A DNA stretch of 64,000 nt. It comes from Methanobacteriota archaeon (GTDB taxonomy: Archaea; Halobacteriota; Bog-38; Methanoflorentales; Methanoflorentaceae). Position numbers and translations under genes: made by a program. The notes beneath the pieces were generated by a model. The model saw only the letters and a list, made by a program, of their open reading frames with translations. It ran no database searches and was not told where the DNA came from. Of the stretch, positions 1 to 9,585 are shown piece after piece. Each line of letters begins with the position of its first letter. Position 1 is the first letter of the stretch. The stretch spans positions 228,144 through 292,143 of the forward strand of contig CAVRAO010000002.1 of the NCBI GenBank assembly GCA_963719035.1, written 5' to 3'.

Positions 1-445
1 CATGACAACGTTGAGCGTTTGAGGGTGGCCTGCCTCGAGCGCGAGGCGTGTTGCATCATACGCAATAACGCGCCCACACGTAGCTGCGAGCGCCTGGATC
101 AGACTTGCTACAGGGGGATAATCGCTTCCGGCAGCTGGCACGATATGCGTGTTGATAACAGCAGTTCCTTCAGACGAAAGATAGCGTGCGAATCGCAAGC
201 ACTCGGCAGGCTCCAAGCCAACGATGGCGTCTGCACTTCGCAATGGAATAAGTGGCCCGTACCGATGTGCCTATGCGGACGTGAACCTCAACAGTCCCCC
301 CTCGTTGTGCCATCCCGTGCGTCTCTGCAGAAATCACCTCGTAGCCCTCGCGCAAGGCTGTTTCGCCTAGCACCCCTGAAGCGAAAATGGAGCCTTGGCC
401 GCCGACGCCTACGATAATGCAATCAAATTTTTCATCTTGTGCCAT
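1..445 (-). CDS. iorB: Indolepyruvate:ferredoxin oxidoreductase beta subunit (IorB). Frameshifted, and the 3' end runs off the window start.
   Basis: The ORF 170..445 gives an IorB N-terminus (KFDCIIVGVGGQGSIF...HVRIG) and then diverges. The +1 frame continues with YGPLIPLRSADAIVGLEPAECLRFARYL...INTHIVP, which is typical IorB, down to position 1. There is an extra G near 262-263. Confidence 0.6.
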
Positions 446-454
446 AATGCATTC

Positions 455-2284
455 TCAAGCCGTTTTGATAGCGTCGAATTCGCAGATCTGCTCACACACA
501 CCGCAGCCAATACAGTCTTCCGAAATGTGGGCGCACGAGTCACTATAGCTGATCGATGGGCAAAAGAGCGTGCCACAAAGCATACAACTCGCAAAGTAGT
601 TCTTGCACGTTGAAGTAACTCGTTTTTTCGTCTTTGAAAGCGCCCCTGCTTTTTTGGCGCTAATTAAGCATGCGCGCCTTGCGATGACAACTTGTACGCC
701 GTCGCCGTCCTTAGCTTTGACGAATGCTTCTTCGGTTTCAGATAAGTTGTAGGGATCGACAACGTAGAGCCCCTGAACGCCAACGGCTTTAATGAGGTCT
801 TCCATAGGAGTCTGGAAGTTGCATGTTCCCGTTGCGGTCTCACCAGTGCACGGGTGGGGCTGATGGCCCGTCATTGCAGTTGTATTATTATCCAAAATGA
901 TAAGCGTCATTTTCGCTCCGTTATAAACGGCGTTAATCAATCCCGGAACGCCTGTGTGCACAAAGGTAGAGTCACCGATAACGCTCACTATTTCCCTATC
1001 CTCTCCGCAAGCAGCTGCAAATCCGCTGCCCATGCTGACGCTTGCGCCCATGCAAAGCGTGGTATCTATCGTCCCCTGACTCACGCCTAGGGTGTAACAT
1101 CCGATATCTCCCACATAGATTGCGGACTTCTTGAAAACTTTCTTCAACGAATAAAACGTTGCGCGATGAGGACATCCCGCACAGAGTATAGGCGGCCGAG
1201 AGGGGAGCGAATGCTCTACAGCGATTAATTCAACTGGAATGTTTGTTGTTACGAAACGGTCGATCGCCTGACCTAACCCCTTTAACACCAAGTCTACCGT
1301 GAGTTCACCTTCTCGAGGCACGTGTCCGGTGAGCTTCCCAAGCACCTCAACCGTGCCCGCTAGTGCGTTGACTTTCTCTTCAATTACGGGTTCGAGTTCT
1401 TCGATGACCAAAATCTTACGTGAGTTATTGATTAGTGCCACAATGGCGTCGTTATTCATAGGATAGGCGGCGATTCGCAATATGGAAGGCTCTAGCTGTA
1501 GTCTCATTACCGCCTCCTCAACATATTTTGCGGCCACGCCTGAGGTTACAACGCCAAGCTCAGACTTCTTAAGCTTAAGTCTGCTCAAGGAAGCGAGCTC
1601 AGAACGGAGAAGCGGTTGGAGTTTGTTCAGCTCTACATGCCGGAGGCGCGCATGAGCTGGTACCATGACCCATCTTTCGGGTTTTTTTTCGAAGCGTGCC
1701 AGCCGCTGGTCGCTGTGTTGACCGCTTAATATGACAGACGCTCGTGCATGCGAAACGCGGGTTGTCGGACGGAGTATGACTGGGATTTCGAATTGTTCAG
1801 ACAACTTGAATGCGTATTTTGTAAACTCATATGCTTCTTGCGGTGTTGATGGATCAAGGCATGGGATTTTTGCAAAGTACGCATATCTGCGCGAATCTTG
1901 CTCATTTTGAGAGGAATAACAGCCTGGATCATCGGCAACGACAAGCACAAGTCCGCCCTTGACACCGGTATACGCAAGCGTCATGAGCGGGTCGGCTGCC
2001 ACATTGAGGCCGACGTGTTTCATTATGACCGCCGCCCGTACGTTACAGTACGAAGCGCCGGCTGCGACTTCGAGAGCTACTTTCTCGTTGACTGACCACT
2101 CGACGTGTGGTGGCTTTTTATAACGCTCGACATTTCGAGCTATGAAAGGAATGATCTCAGATGAAGGCGTTCCCGGATAACCAGATACGACTGAAACACC
2201 AGCCTCCAATAAGCCGTGCGCGATTGCTTCGTTTCCTAAGAGGTACTTGCGACTACTTTGCTGCATGAGTTGTTGTCGATCCAA
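455..2284 (-). CDS. iorA: Indolepyruvate:ferredoxin oxidoreductase alpha subunit (TPP-binding, C-terminal 2x[4Fe-4S])
   Basis: 609 aa with a TPP-enzyme signature, a C-terminal CxxCxxCxxxC ferredoxin motif, and the adjacent iorB. Confidence 0.8.
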   Translation of the reverse strand: MDRQQLMQQSSRKYLLGNEAIAHGLLEAGVSVVSGYPGTPSSEIIPFIARNVERYKKPPHVEWSVNEKVALEVAAGASYCNVRAAVIMKHVGLNVAADPLMTLAYTGVKGGLVLVVADDPGCYSSQNEQDSRRYAYFAKIPCLDPSTPQEAYEFTKYAFKLSEQFEIPVILRPTTRVSHARASVILSGQHSDQRLARFEKKPERWVMVPAHARLRHVELNKLQPLLRSELASLSRLKLKKSELGVVTSGVAAKYVEEAVMRLQLEPSILRIAAYPMNNDAIVALINNSRKILVIEELEPVIEEKVNALAGTVEVLGKLTGHVPREGELTVDLVLKGLGQAIDRFVTTNIPVELIAVEHSLPSRPPILCAGCPHRATFYSLKKVFKKSAIYVGDIGCYTLGVSQGTIDTTLCMGASVSMGSGFAAACGEDREIVSVIGDSTFVHTGVPGLINAVYNGAKMTLIILDNNTTAMTGHQPHPCTGETATGTCNFQTPMEDLIKAVGVQGLYVVDPYNLSETEEAFVKAKDGDGVQVVIARRACLISAKKAGALSKTKKRVTSTCKNYFASCMLCGTLFCPSISYSDSCAHISEDCIGCGVCEQICEFDAIKTA

Positions 2285-2379
2285 TCAGCGTTGCCCTACG
2301 TTTTGGTGTCGTGTTAAATCAAAGTTTGTAGACTCGGCATTGACGCGTTGACTTCGAGATTGTCACCACATTGCGAATG

Positions 2380-2919
2380 CTAGCATTCTTCCCGTTTAAC
2401 GGCGTGCATGTTTGCGAGCGTTACGTCCTGTGCTCGCGTGCGCATCACGTTGCAGAAATCGTCCGATTCGGGATTATCTTCGATAAACACAACCTCATTG
2501 ATTCCCGCATTCTTAATGAGCCGCCAACACATCTTACAAGGGGTTCCGTTAACGTAGAGCGTTGCGCCATTTATAGAAGCCCCTCCTCGAGCGGCCTGTA
2601 TTATCGCATTTGCTTCGGCGTGGACGCTGACGCAGAGTTCGTATCGTTCGCCCTTGGGCACCTTCAAACGTTCTCGTTCACATCCGATGTTTAGACAATG
2701 TGGTTCATTGCGTGCAGCTCCGTTGTAGCCAGTCGATAATATATGGTCGCCGGTTGACACGATAATTGCGCCGTACTGGCGTCTCGTACACGTGGAACGC
2801 AAGGACACCGTCTGCGCGAGCGCCATATAATACTCGTCCTTGGAGATTCTGTGATTACGCTGTTCTGATGTCTTTGAAGCTATTTCCACGGCTTTACCGT
2901 CCCTGATTGCTTCTTGCAA
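2380..2919 (-). CDS. dCMP deaminase / cytidine-deoxycytidylate deaminase family
   Basis: HAEANAI and PCKMC zinc-binding motifs. Confidence 0.75.
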   Translation of the reverse strand: MQEAIRDGKAVEIASKTSEQRNHRISKDEYYMALAQTVSLRSTCTRRQYGAIIVSTGDHILSTGYNGAARNEPHCLNIGCERERLKVPKGERYELCVSVHAEANAIIQAARGGASINGATLYVNGTPCKMCWRLIKNAGINEVVFIEDNPESDDFCNVMRTRAQDVTLANMHAVKREEC

Positions 2920-3041
2920 GTTCTGCTTGCAATGCTTGCTGTGTGTATATTGTTTAGCCTATTTTAATACTTGGGGGAAAATACTTAAGCTTCAGGGAAA
3001 GTTTTGATGCCAACTATGCACGGAACCAACGCTGAGGGAAT

Positions 3042-3551
3042 ATGATGACAGGCGGGTATCAAGAGATCAAAATTCTTGCGGCAGGCAATTATCTGATGGC
3101 GGACGATGGTGTAGGAATCCATATTCTCGAAAAGCTCGAACAGATGAACAGGGGCGACGTTGAACTGGTGAATGTCGGCGTTGGTGGCCTGGCGATACTT
3201 GATTACATGGAAGATACCGACTATGTAATTATAATCGATGCTGTGCGAGGGGGCGGGGGAGAACCGGGGTCGATCTACAAATTCACGGACAAAGAGCTGC
3301 CCCCCGCAAATCTCTTTATGATGTCGTTACACGATCTGAGTCTGGTAGATACGCTACGCTTGGGTCAGGAGATTCAGCCGGAGCTTATGCCGAGAAACAT
3401 CACGATCATCGGTATAGAAGTTGAAAGAGTTGAAGGGATTTGCACAGACCTTTCACCTCGAGTTGAAGCTGCTATTGATGGAGTCCTGCAGCTAGTTTTT
3501 GATGAAATTCAACGATTTAGGAATGTGAAAGGGATAGATGAGAGAGGTTAG
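3042..3551 (+). CDS. Hydrogenase maturation endopeptidase (HycI/FrhD family, peptidase A31)
   Basis: KILAAGNYLMADDGVGIHIL ... IIIDAV is a family signature. Confidence 0.65.
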   Translation: MMTGGYQEIKILAAGNYLMADDGVGIHILEKLEQMNRGDVELVNVGVGGLAILDYMEDTDYVIIIDAVRGGGGEPGSIYKFTDKELPPANLFMMSLHDLSLVDTLRLGQEIQPELMPRNITIIGIEVERVEGICTDLSPRVEAAIDGVLQLVFDEIQRFRNVKGIDERG

Positions 3552-3604
3552 GCAAAAACCATATATATGCACTTTTAACAAGAGGAATAGCGAGGAAAAT
3601 CGTT

Positions 3605-3889
3605 ATGGCAAAACCTATACTGATGGATTTTTATGCTGATTGGTGCGGACCTTGTAAGATACAGGACCCTATACTGGAAAAGCTCGAGGAAAAGCTTGGA
3701 GATAAAATAGAGTTTAAGAAGATTAACGTGGACGATAACCTGCAGTTAGCAAACAAGTATGGGATCCGCGTCGTTCCGACCTTAATACTAGAATGTAACG
3801 GAAAGATCATCGAGCATTATATCGGAGTAACGCGACCTGAAATCCTCGAAGCGGACTTGAACAAAGCAGCTGAATCGTGTTCTGAATAA
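3605..3889 (+). CDS. trx: Thioredoxin
   Basis: WCGPC active site, 94 aa. Confidence 0.85.
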   Translation: MAKPILMDFYADWCGPCKIQDPILEKLEEKLGDKIEFKKINVDDNLQLANKYGIRVVPTLILECNGKIIEHYIGVTRPEILEADLNKAAESCSE

Positions 3890-3914
3890 ATCAGTAAGAG
3901 CTTGTTAACTTCCA

Positions 3915-3920
3915 TTTTTT
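3915..3920 (+). terminator. Oligo-T tract after the thioredoxin gene, as in an archaeal terminator
   Basis: A T6 run about 25 nt after the trx stop. Confidence 0.3.
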
Positions 3921-4036
3921 GCTTAAAACTCACTCTCGATTTTGCCGGTCTTATTATTATGCAGCGCGACAGTTTATTAGCAACTCTCTGAGCTAATGGA
4001 ACATACCAAAAAAAGTACCTCAAATATCGAGATTTA

Positions 4037-4111
4037 TAGCGGGGAGTGGATTTGAACCACTGGTCTACGGGTTATGAGCCCGTCGGGATCTCCTGACTAC
4101 CCCACCCCGCT
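4037..4111 (-). tRNA. tRNA-Met (CAU), probably the initiator tRNA
   Basis: A 75-nt cloverleaf with acceptor AGCGGGG/CCCCGCU, an A1:U72 pair, three G:C pairs closing the anticodon stem (ACGGG/CCCGU), loop CUCAUAA and T-loop UUCAAAU. No CCA is encoded. Confidence 0.8.
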
Positions 4112-4773
4112 GTGGATTCTGATAAGCGTTATTCATTTAAATATGTGATGTTTGAATGCCCGTACGCGAACGTATTTGTCTGCAGAAGGATAGAAAGACG
4201 ATTTCGGACTTAATGTGTCTGTGATCCGGCTGTTACTATTGAGTTCGCTCACACATCACTATTCAATACTATACAACGCCTTTTTTGTCGCAAAAGATAT
4301 ACCTTGGCAGCACTGCTTGTGCTCAAAGGTTAAAAGGCAGCCAATATAGAATTTAATATGCAAAAAGCAATGCGCACTATCGGAATTCGAAAAGGTCTAG
4401 TAGCTCCTAAAACGGAAATGTATTCCTTTCCCACCTGTTTCGATAGCGAGTAGTCAGCACAAAGGGCAGCACAGAGTTTGGCGCGGGAACTTAGCCGACT
4501 TTACATCGGGCTAATAAATATCGTACATCATCTCATAAGTTGTGCATCTACGTTTAGGAATTTAATATATCTGCGCTTGTTATGCGAATTCTGCTTTTTT
4601 TCTTACGATCCGAGAATTGACTTTTTGTAAAGACCTAGACTGAGTTTAAAACGCATTATTAAATTCTTGTGTGTATTTTCACTTCGCCCGAAGAGAGTGA
4701 TTACGCGCTTCTAACGACGTAAAGTACACGATTACCAAAGCTTTATCGCGTGCGCCCACGATCATAGCGGTGC

Positions 4774-6150
4774 ATGCACGCTGCGATTATCTGCTCAGAA
4801 ATAGACGCCGCCTCGCAAAACGTAGCGCGTCATCTTCTTAAGCGTGTTCCCTGGGCGAGATGTTCAGAAGAACCTGTTCATTGGACGTATGGAAACTTTC
4901 AGTTGCTGGTAACTAAAGGTAGACTCATCAAACAAGAAGCGCTAGATCGAGAGCTTAATGCAGACTTACTCATATTTGCGTCTAGGCACCAGAGCGAGAA
5001 ACGGAAAGGACCTGTATTTACAGCACACTTTACTGGTAACATTGAAGGCCCTCAACAGGTGGTCCCTACCTTAGCGCGCGCTGCTCCTCGTGCATTGAAA
5101 CTTGTGGTAGAAAGGCTCAAACGATTGTCTAGCATTGAAGTCCTAGTCGAGGTAACCCACCACTGTCCTTGCACTATTAACACGCCGTCGCTCTTCGTGG
5201 AGATTGGTAGTTCAAAATCTGAGTGGATAGATGAAGCCCTTGGCGATACTATGGCACAGGCTATTCTCTCGCTAGACTCACCATTACTGAACTCCCAGTG
5301 CGTGACAGCTGTCGGGTTCGGGGGACCGCACTACGCCCTGCGCCACACTGAGGTTCTGCTCGGTAGCGACATTTGTTATGGGCATATTTTTGCTACATAT
5401 CAACTTGAACGGTTATCGCCAGCAATCGTCCAAGAGGCATTCGAGAAATCACCGGCACAATTCGCGTACTTTGACCGAAAACAGATGGGTGCAGAAAGGG
5501 ATCGTTTGCTGTCTATTTTGCATAACTTGGGTTATGAAGTGCTTAGAAAGAGCGACATTGAGGACCATGGAAACGTTTCGTGGGAGCAATATCTCCGAAT
5601 CAGGCGCGCATTGAGATTAAACGGTGTAGTTTTGGATGGAACGCGTATACACGTAAGCGCGTCATTGCAAGACTCCCTCGACGATCCTACCCTGTCAATG
5701 ACCTACTTTGAGTTCAAACGGCTTGATTTAAACCCCGCAATAATCAAACTGGCTCACGCTGTCGATCGTGAATCCTTTAAGCACTTGATTGAAATCGAAA
5801 AAATAGTATACCTGGAACGTAAAGACGGTAACATTCTCGCTATCTTCGTTCCGGCCGAATTCAACTTGCGAGATGTAACAAGCGCCCTGCTACTAGGATG
5901 TATAGAAATACTAAAAAAGCGGTACGAGGTAGAATATTCTCAGCGAAAATCAAAACTATATATATCCGAACGCAAATTTAACGCACGATTAGCACGATCG
6001 CTTGGCGTGGCTGATGGGCCACTATTTGCGAAACTAGCGCACGGAGAGCCGATCAGAATAAATAGCAAGGTAATTAAACCCGAGGATGTATTTACGAAGG
6101 TTAAAAAGGCATTTGATGTCGCTACTGCTGACAAACTCGGTCAACATTAA
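4774..6150 (+). CDS. dtdA: Archaeal-type D-aminoacyl-tRNA deacylase (DtdA)-like N-terminal domain, with a C-terminal extension of about 200 aa of unknown function
   Basis: The N-terminus (IICSEIDAASQNVARHLL...) resembles the archaeal DTD family. Residues ~260-458 have no family I recognise. Confidence 0.45.
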   Translation: MHAAIICSEIDAASQNVARHLLKRVPWARCSEEPVHWTYGNFQLLVTKGRLIKQEALDRELNADLLIFASRHQSEKRKGPVFTAHFTGNIEGPQQVVPTLARAAPRALKLVVERLKRLSSIEVLVEVTHHCPCTINTPSLFVEIGSSKSEWIDEALGDTMAQAILSLDSPLLNSQCVTAVGFGGPHYALRHTEVLLGSDICYGHIFATYQLERLSPAIVQEAFEKSPAQFAYFDRKQMGAERDRLLSILHNLGYEVLRKSDIEDHGNVSWEQYLRIRRALRLNGVVLDGTRIHVSASLQDSLDDPTLSMTYFEFKRLDLNPAIIKLAHAVDRESFKHLIEIEKIVYLERKDGNILAIFVPAEFNLRDVTSALLLGCIEILKKRYEVEYSQRKSKLYISERKFNARLARSLGVADGPLFAKLAHGEPIRINSKVIKPEDVFTKVKKAFDVATADKLGQH

Positions 6151-6156
6151 CATGTC

Positions 6157-7293
6157 TTGAAAACTAAATGTGGAGGATACGACATGAAGTCCATAATTGA
6201 AGACGCGCTTGCACGCGGCGCAAGCGACGAAAAAAGCGAATCACCGCAACGGTCCTATACCGTTGACCAAGAGCTCGAAGAAGTGCTCAAAACGCTACAA
6301 ACAAACATTATCGTTGTTGGATGTGGTGGTGCTGGATCTAATACTATAACGCGAATGATGGAAGAGGGGATAGAAGGAGCTGAACTAATTGCACTCAACA
6401 CGGACGCTCAGCACCTAAGGGGCACGATAGCCGATCGGAAAATCCTGATAGGAAAAGAGCGCACGCGCGGTCTCGGCGCTGGTTCACTTCCTCAAATAGG
6501 GGAAGAAGCCGCTCTCGAAAGTCAAGAGGAACTGCGCGCGAGCGTTGCCGGGGCGGACATGGTGTTTATTACCGCCGGGTTAGGCGGTGGAACGGGCACT
6601 GGTGCTGCGCCTGTCGTCGCAGAAGCGGCACGAGACGCCGGGGCTCTTACAATCGCTATCGTTACACTCCCGTTTAGCGTAGAGGGTATGGTGAGAAGAG
6701 CGAATGCCGAAGCAGGGCTCGAACGGCTTCGTGATATGGCAGATACGGTTATCGTCGTGCCAAACGACCGACTGTTAGAAGTGGTGCCTCGATTGCCACT
6801 ACAAGCTGCGTTTAAGGTGTCGGACGAAGTATTGATGCGAGCCGTTAAAGGTATAACCGAGCTTATCACTAAACCTGGGCTCATTAACCTTGATTTTGCT
6901 GATGTCAGAACCGTTATGCAAAGAGGTGGCGTAGCAATGATCGGGCTTGGCGAGTCTGATGCCGAGGACAAAGCCGTAGATTCAGTGAAGAAAGCCCTGA
7001 GAAGTCCACTATTGGACGTCGATATCTCAGGTGCTACTGCTGCCATAGTCAATGTCATAGGAGGCACAGATATGACCGTGACTGAAGCAGAAGGGGTCGT
7101 GCAAGAAGTTTATGAGCGTATCGATCCCGACGCGCGCATCATTTGGGGCGCACAGATCGATCCCGAGCTGGACCACATGGTGCGGACGTTGCTTATCGTC
7201 ACAGGGGTTAAATCACCTCAGATCTACGGTAAAAGTGAATCACTCAAGATAAAAACTGGGGCTGAAAGGTATGGGATAGACTTCGTCAAATAA
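6157..7293 (+). CDS. ftsZ: Cell division GTPase FtsZ
   Basis: GGGTGTG tubulin signature and NTDAQ motif. The start may be the internal Met at 6184. Confidence 0.9.
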   Translation: MKTKCGGYDMKSIIEDALARGASDEKSESPQRSYTVDQELEEVLKTLQTNIIVVGCGGAGSNTITRMMEEGIEGAELIALNTDAQHLRGTIADRKILIGKERTRGLGAGSLPQIGEEAALESQEELRASVAGADMVFITAGLGGGTGTGAAPVVAEAARDAGALTIAIVTLPFSVEGMVRRANAEAGLERLRDMADTVIVVPNDRLLEVVPRLPLQAAFKVSDEVLMRAVKGITELITKPGLINLDFADVRTVMQRGGVAMIGLGESDAEDKAVDSVKKALRSPLLDVDISGATAAIVNVIGGTDMTVTEAEGVVQEVYERIDPDARIIWGAQIDPELDHMVRTLLIVTGVKSPQIYGKSESLKIKTGAERYGIDFVK

Positions 7294-7418
7294 GGACCCC
7301 AGCAGTAATCCTCCACAAAAAAATTTATACTATCGAGACGCAAAGTGATACCAAGCGTCGCCGCGGGCGCTGATATTCACTTTGCGCATTTTTGCTGCAC
7401 TAGTTTGGTGAATGTACG

Positions 7419-7880
7419 ATGGTTAAAAAACAGGGGACTTCTTCGTCCAAATCTAATAAACAACGAGAGCCCACCAAAGAAGAAAAAAAACGGGATGGTG
7501 GTGCGTCTAAGCCTTCGAAACCGCAAGAGGCCCAAAAAGAAGGTCGTTTCTCTCGAAAGGCGATCGAACGTAAGCTTGGTGAGTATCGAAGGATCTTAAC
7601 GTTGACAAGAAGGCCAACGCGCGAGGAGTTCTCTACGATTGCAAAGGTTGCTGCATTAGGGATTATCATAATCGGAGTGGCTGGTTTTCTGATATACTTA
7701 GCTATGGTACAAGTACCTGAGAGCTTAGGCGCGAACAATACGACGCAAGCGACGACAAGCTCTTCAACAAGCAACGAACAGGCTGTCATTCAGCAAATAA
7801 CCAACGCGACGGCTGAAATTAACAATGCCTCAGCAGCGAATAATGCGGGGACTGTGACTACGCAGTCAGTAGCTAGTTAG
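7419..7880 (+). CDS. secE: Preprotein translocase SecE (Sec61-gamma) with a Lys-rich N-terminal extension and an Asn/Thr/Ser/Ala-rich C-terminal extension
   Basis: Single TM helix IAKVAALGIIIIGVAGFLIYLAMV preceded by the KLGEYRRIL motif, in the conserved position upstream of spt5-L11. Confidence 0.7.
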   Translation: MVKKQGTSSSKSNKQREPTKEEKKRDGGASKPSKPQEAQKEGRFSRKAIERKLGEYRRILTLTRRPTREEFSTIAKVAALGIIIIGVAGFLIYLAMVQVPESLGANNTTQATTSSSTSNEQAVIQQITNATAEINNASAANNAGTVTTQSVAS

Positions 7881-7886
7881 TATCGA

Positions 7887-8378
7887 ATGGAGAGGAAGAT
7901 GTCTAGTCAGGAGCAAGATGAACTCGAATCTTCAATATACGCCATAAAGACTACGGCGAATCAAGAACGGGCAGTAGCTAACCTACTTGCACTCGCTGCT
8001 AAGAAGGAGAATTATGATATTCGGGCGATACTCGTCCCAAAAGAGCTTAAAGGGTATGTGCTCATCGAGACCAACGCGTTTGAAACGGTAGAGCAGGCAA
8101 TTCAAGGTATACCGCACGCACGCGGCGTGGTAAAGGGGAGTACTAAATTTGCAGAAATCGAACATTTCTTAACACCAAAGCCGGCGGTAGCGGGCATCGA
8201 AGATGGAGACATCATTGAGCTCATTGCTGGGCCTTTCAAAGGAGAAAGAGCCCGCGTAAAGCGAATTGACGAGCGCCGTGAAGAGATCACGGTAGAGCTT
8301 TTCGAAGCTATGGTGCCAATACCTATTACCGTACGCGGTGATAACGTGCGAGTGTTGAGCAAGGAGGAGCGTGAATAA
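7887..8378 (+). CDS. spt5: Transcription elongation factor Spt5 (NusG homologue)
   Basis: NGN and KOW domains, between secE and rpl11. The start may be a few codons downstream. Confidence 0.8.
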   Translation: MERKMSSQEQDELESSIYAIKTTANQERAVANLLALAAKKENYDIRAILVPKELKGYVLIETNAFETVEQAIQGIPHARGVVKGSTKFAEIEHFLTPKPAVAGIEDGDIIELIAGPFKGERARVKRIDERREEITVELFEAMVPIPITVRGDNVRVLSKEERE

Positions 8379-8379
8379 T

Positions 8380-8856
8380 ATGGTCGACGTAATCGAGATC
8401 TTGGTCCCTGGAGGCAAAGCGAGTCCCGGTCCACCGATAGGACCTGCTTTAGGACCACTCGGAATCAACATCAAGGCGGTCGTTGACGAAATAAACGAAA
8501 AAACTGCGTCATATAATGGCATGCAAGTGCCGGTGAAGGTCACTGTCGACGATAAAAAGAATGTGACGCTCGAAATAGGTATACCTCCAGCATCAGCTCT
8601 TATTCTTATAGAAGCAGGCATAGAGAAAGGATCGTCTGGCGAAGACACGGTGGGCAATATCAGCGTCGCCCAAGCAATTAAGATCGCAAAGCTGAAACAG
8701 TCGAACTCACTTTCGTACGAGCTTAAAAACACCGTTAAAGAAATCTTAGGGACTTGCGTGTCGATGGGCGTCACTGTTGATGAAAAGCCTGCAAAGGATA
8801 TTCAACATGCTGTAGACGCTGGTGAATACGCAGATCTGTTTGCTGAGGATTCTTAG
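8380..8856 (+). CDS. rpl11: 50S ribosomal protein L11
   Basis: GGKASPGPPIGPALGPLGIN is a signature. The track ORF starts at GTG 8371, and an ATG at 8380 is more likely. Confidence 0.9.
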   Translation: MVDVIEILVPGGKASPGPPIGPALGPLGINIKAVVDEINEKTASYNGMQVPVKVTVDDKKNVTLEIGIPPASALILIEAGIEKGSSGEDTVGNISVAQAIKIAKLKQSNSLSYELKNTVKEILGTCVSMGVTVDEKPAKDIQHAVDAGEYADLFAEDS

Positions 8857-8943
8857 ACGGCGAAAGATTGAAGTAAGGTTGCTCCATCTTTAGAATGTAC
8901 CGTAGGAGATCATAAACAAGGTCGACGATACTACGGAGGACAT

Positions 8944-9585
8944 ATGGTCAACGAAAATACCATAAGAGCGGTAAATGACGCCATTGAGTCAGCGCCGAAG
9001 CGGAAGTTCACTGAGAGCGTTGATCTTGTTGTCAATCTAAAGAACATTGATTTAAGCCAGCCGAAGAACCGGATTACAGAGTCGATAGTGCTTCCGAAAG
9101 GACGGGGCAAAGCGACAAAAATCGGCGTTTTTGCTAAGGGTGACCTCGCCATCAAATCACAAAGCGGTGGGGCAGATCTCGTAATTTCTCCTGAAGACAT
9201 TGATAAGATGAGTGGTGACAAGAAACTCATCAGATCAACTACGAGAGATATTGATTTTTTTGTTGCGGAAGCCCCACTGATGCCCTCTATAGGCAAGAGT
9301 TTCGGGCCGATTCTCGGTCCTAAAGGTAAAATGCCCGATCCTATCCCATCTAGTGCCGATCCAACGCCTCTTATAAATAGACTTAAGCGAACCGTAAAGG
9401 TTCGCACGAAAGACAAGCCAACGTTTCACGCCTTAGTCGGAAATCTGAGCATGAGCGTCGAAGACATTGCAGCTAATATTGAAGCACTTCTCAGTACCGT
9501 TGAGTCTAAACTTGACAATGGGACACAGAACATAGCCTCTGTCTATGTAAAGACGACTATGGGGCCTGCAGTGAGGCTGATATAA
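8944..9585 (+). CDS. rpl1: 50S ribosomal protein L1
   Basis: Family similarity and operon context. Confidence 0.9.
   Translation: MVNENTIRAVNDAIESAPKRKFTESVDLVVNLKNIDLSQPKNRITESIVLPKGRGKATKIGVFAKGDLAIKSQSGGADLVISPEDIDKMSGDKKLIRSTTRDIDFFVAEAPLMPSIGKSFGPILGPKGKMPDPIPSSADPTPLINRLKRTVKVRTKDKPTFHALVGNLSMSVEDIAANIEALLSTVESKLDNGTQNIASVYVKTTMGPAVRLI

Noticed and set aside
19-417. 132-aa plus-strand ORF at the window start
   Set aside because: It is antisense to the frameshifted iorB, Arg/Ser-rich and low-complexity, with no family resemblance.
4112-4773. Possible RNase P RNA or SRP RNA in the large intergenic region
   Set aside because: I could not find the conserved P4 (AGGAAAGUCCGGGCU) or SRP helix-8 motifs, so this remains unassigned.
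6522-7067. 181-aa minus-strand ORF inside ftsZ
   Set aside because: It is antisense to a strongly supported FtsZ coding region. Its Ala/Ser/Thr-rich composition is typical of a GC-skew shadow ORF.
8169-8774. 201-aa minus-strand ORF across spt5 and rpl11
   Set aside because: It is antisense to two ribosomal-cluster genes with clear homology.
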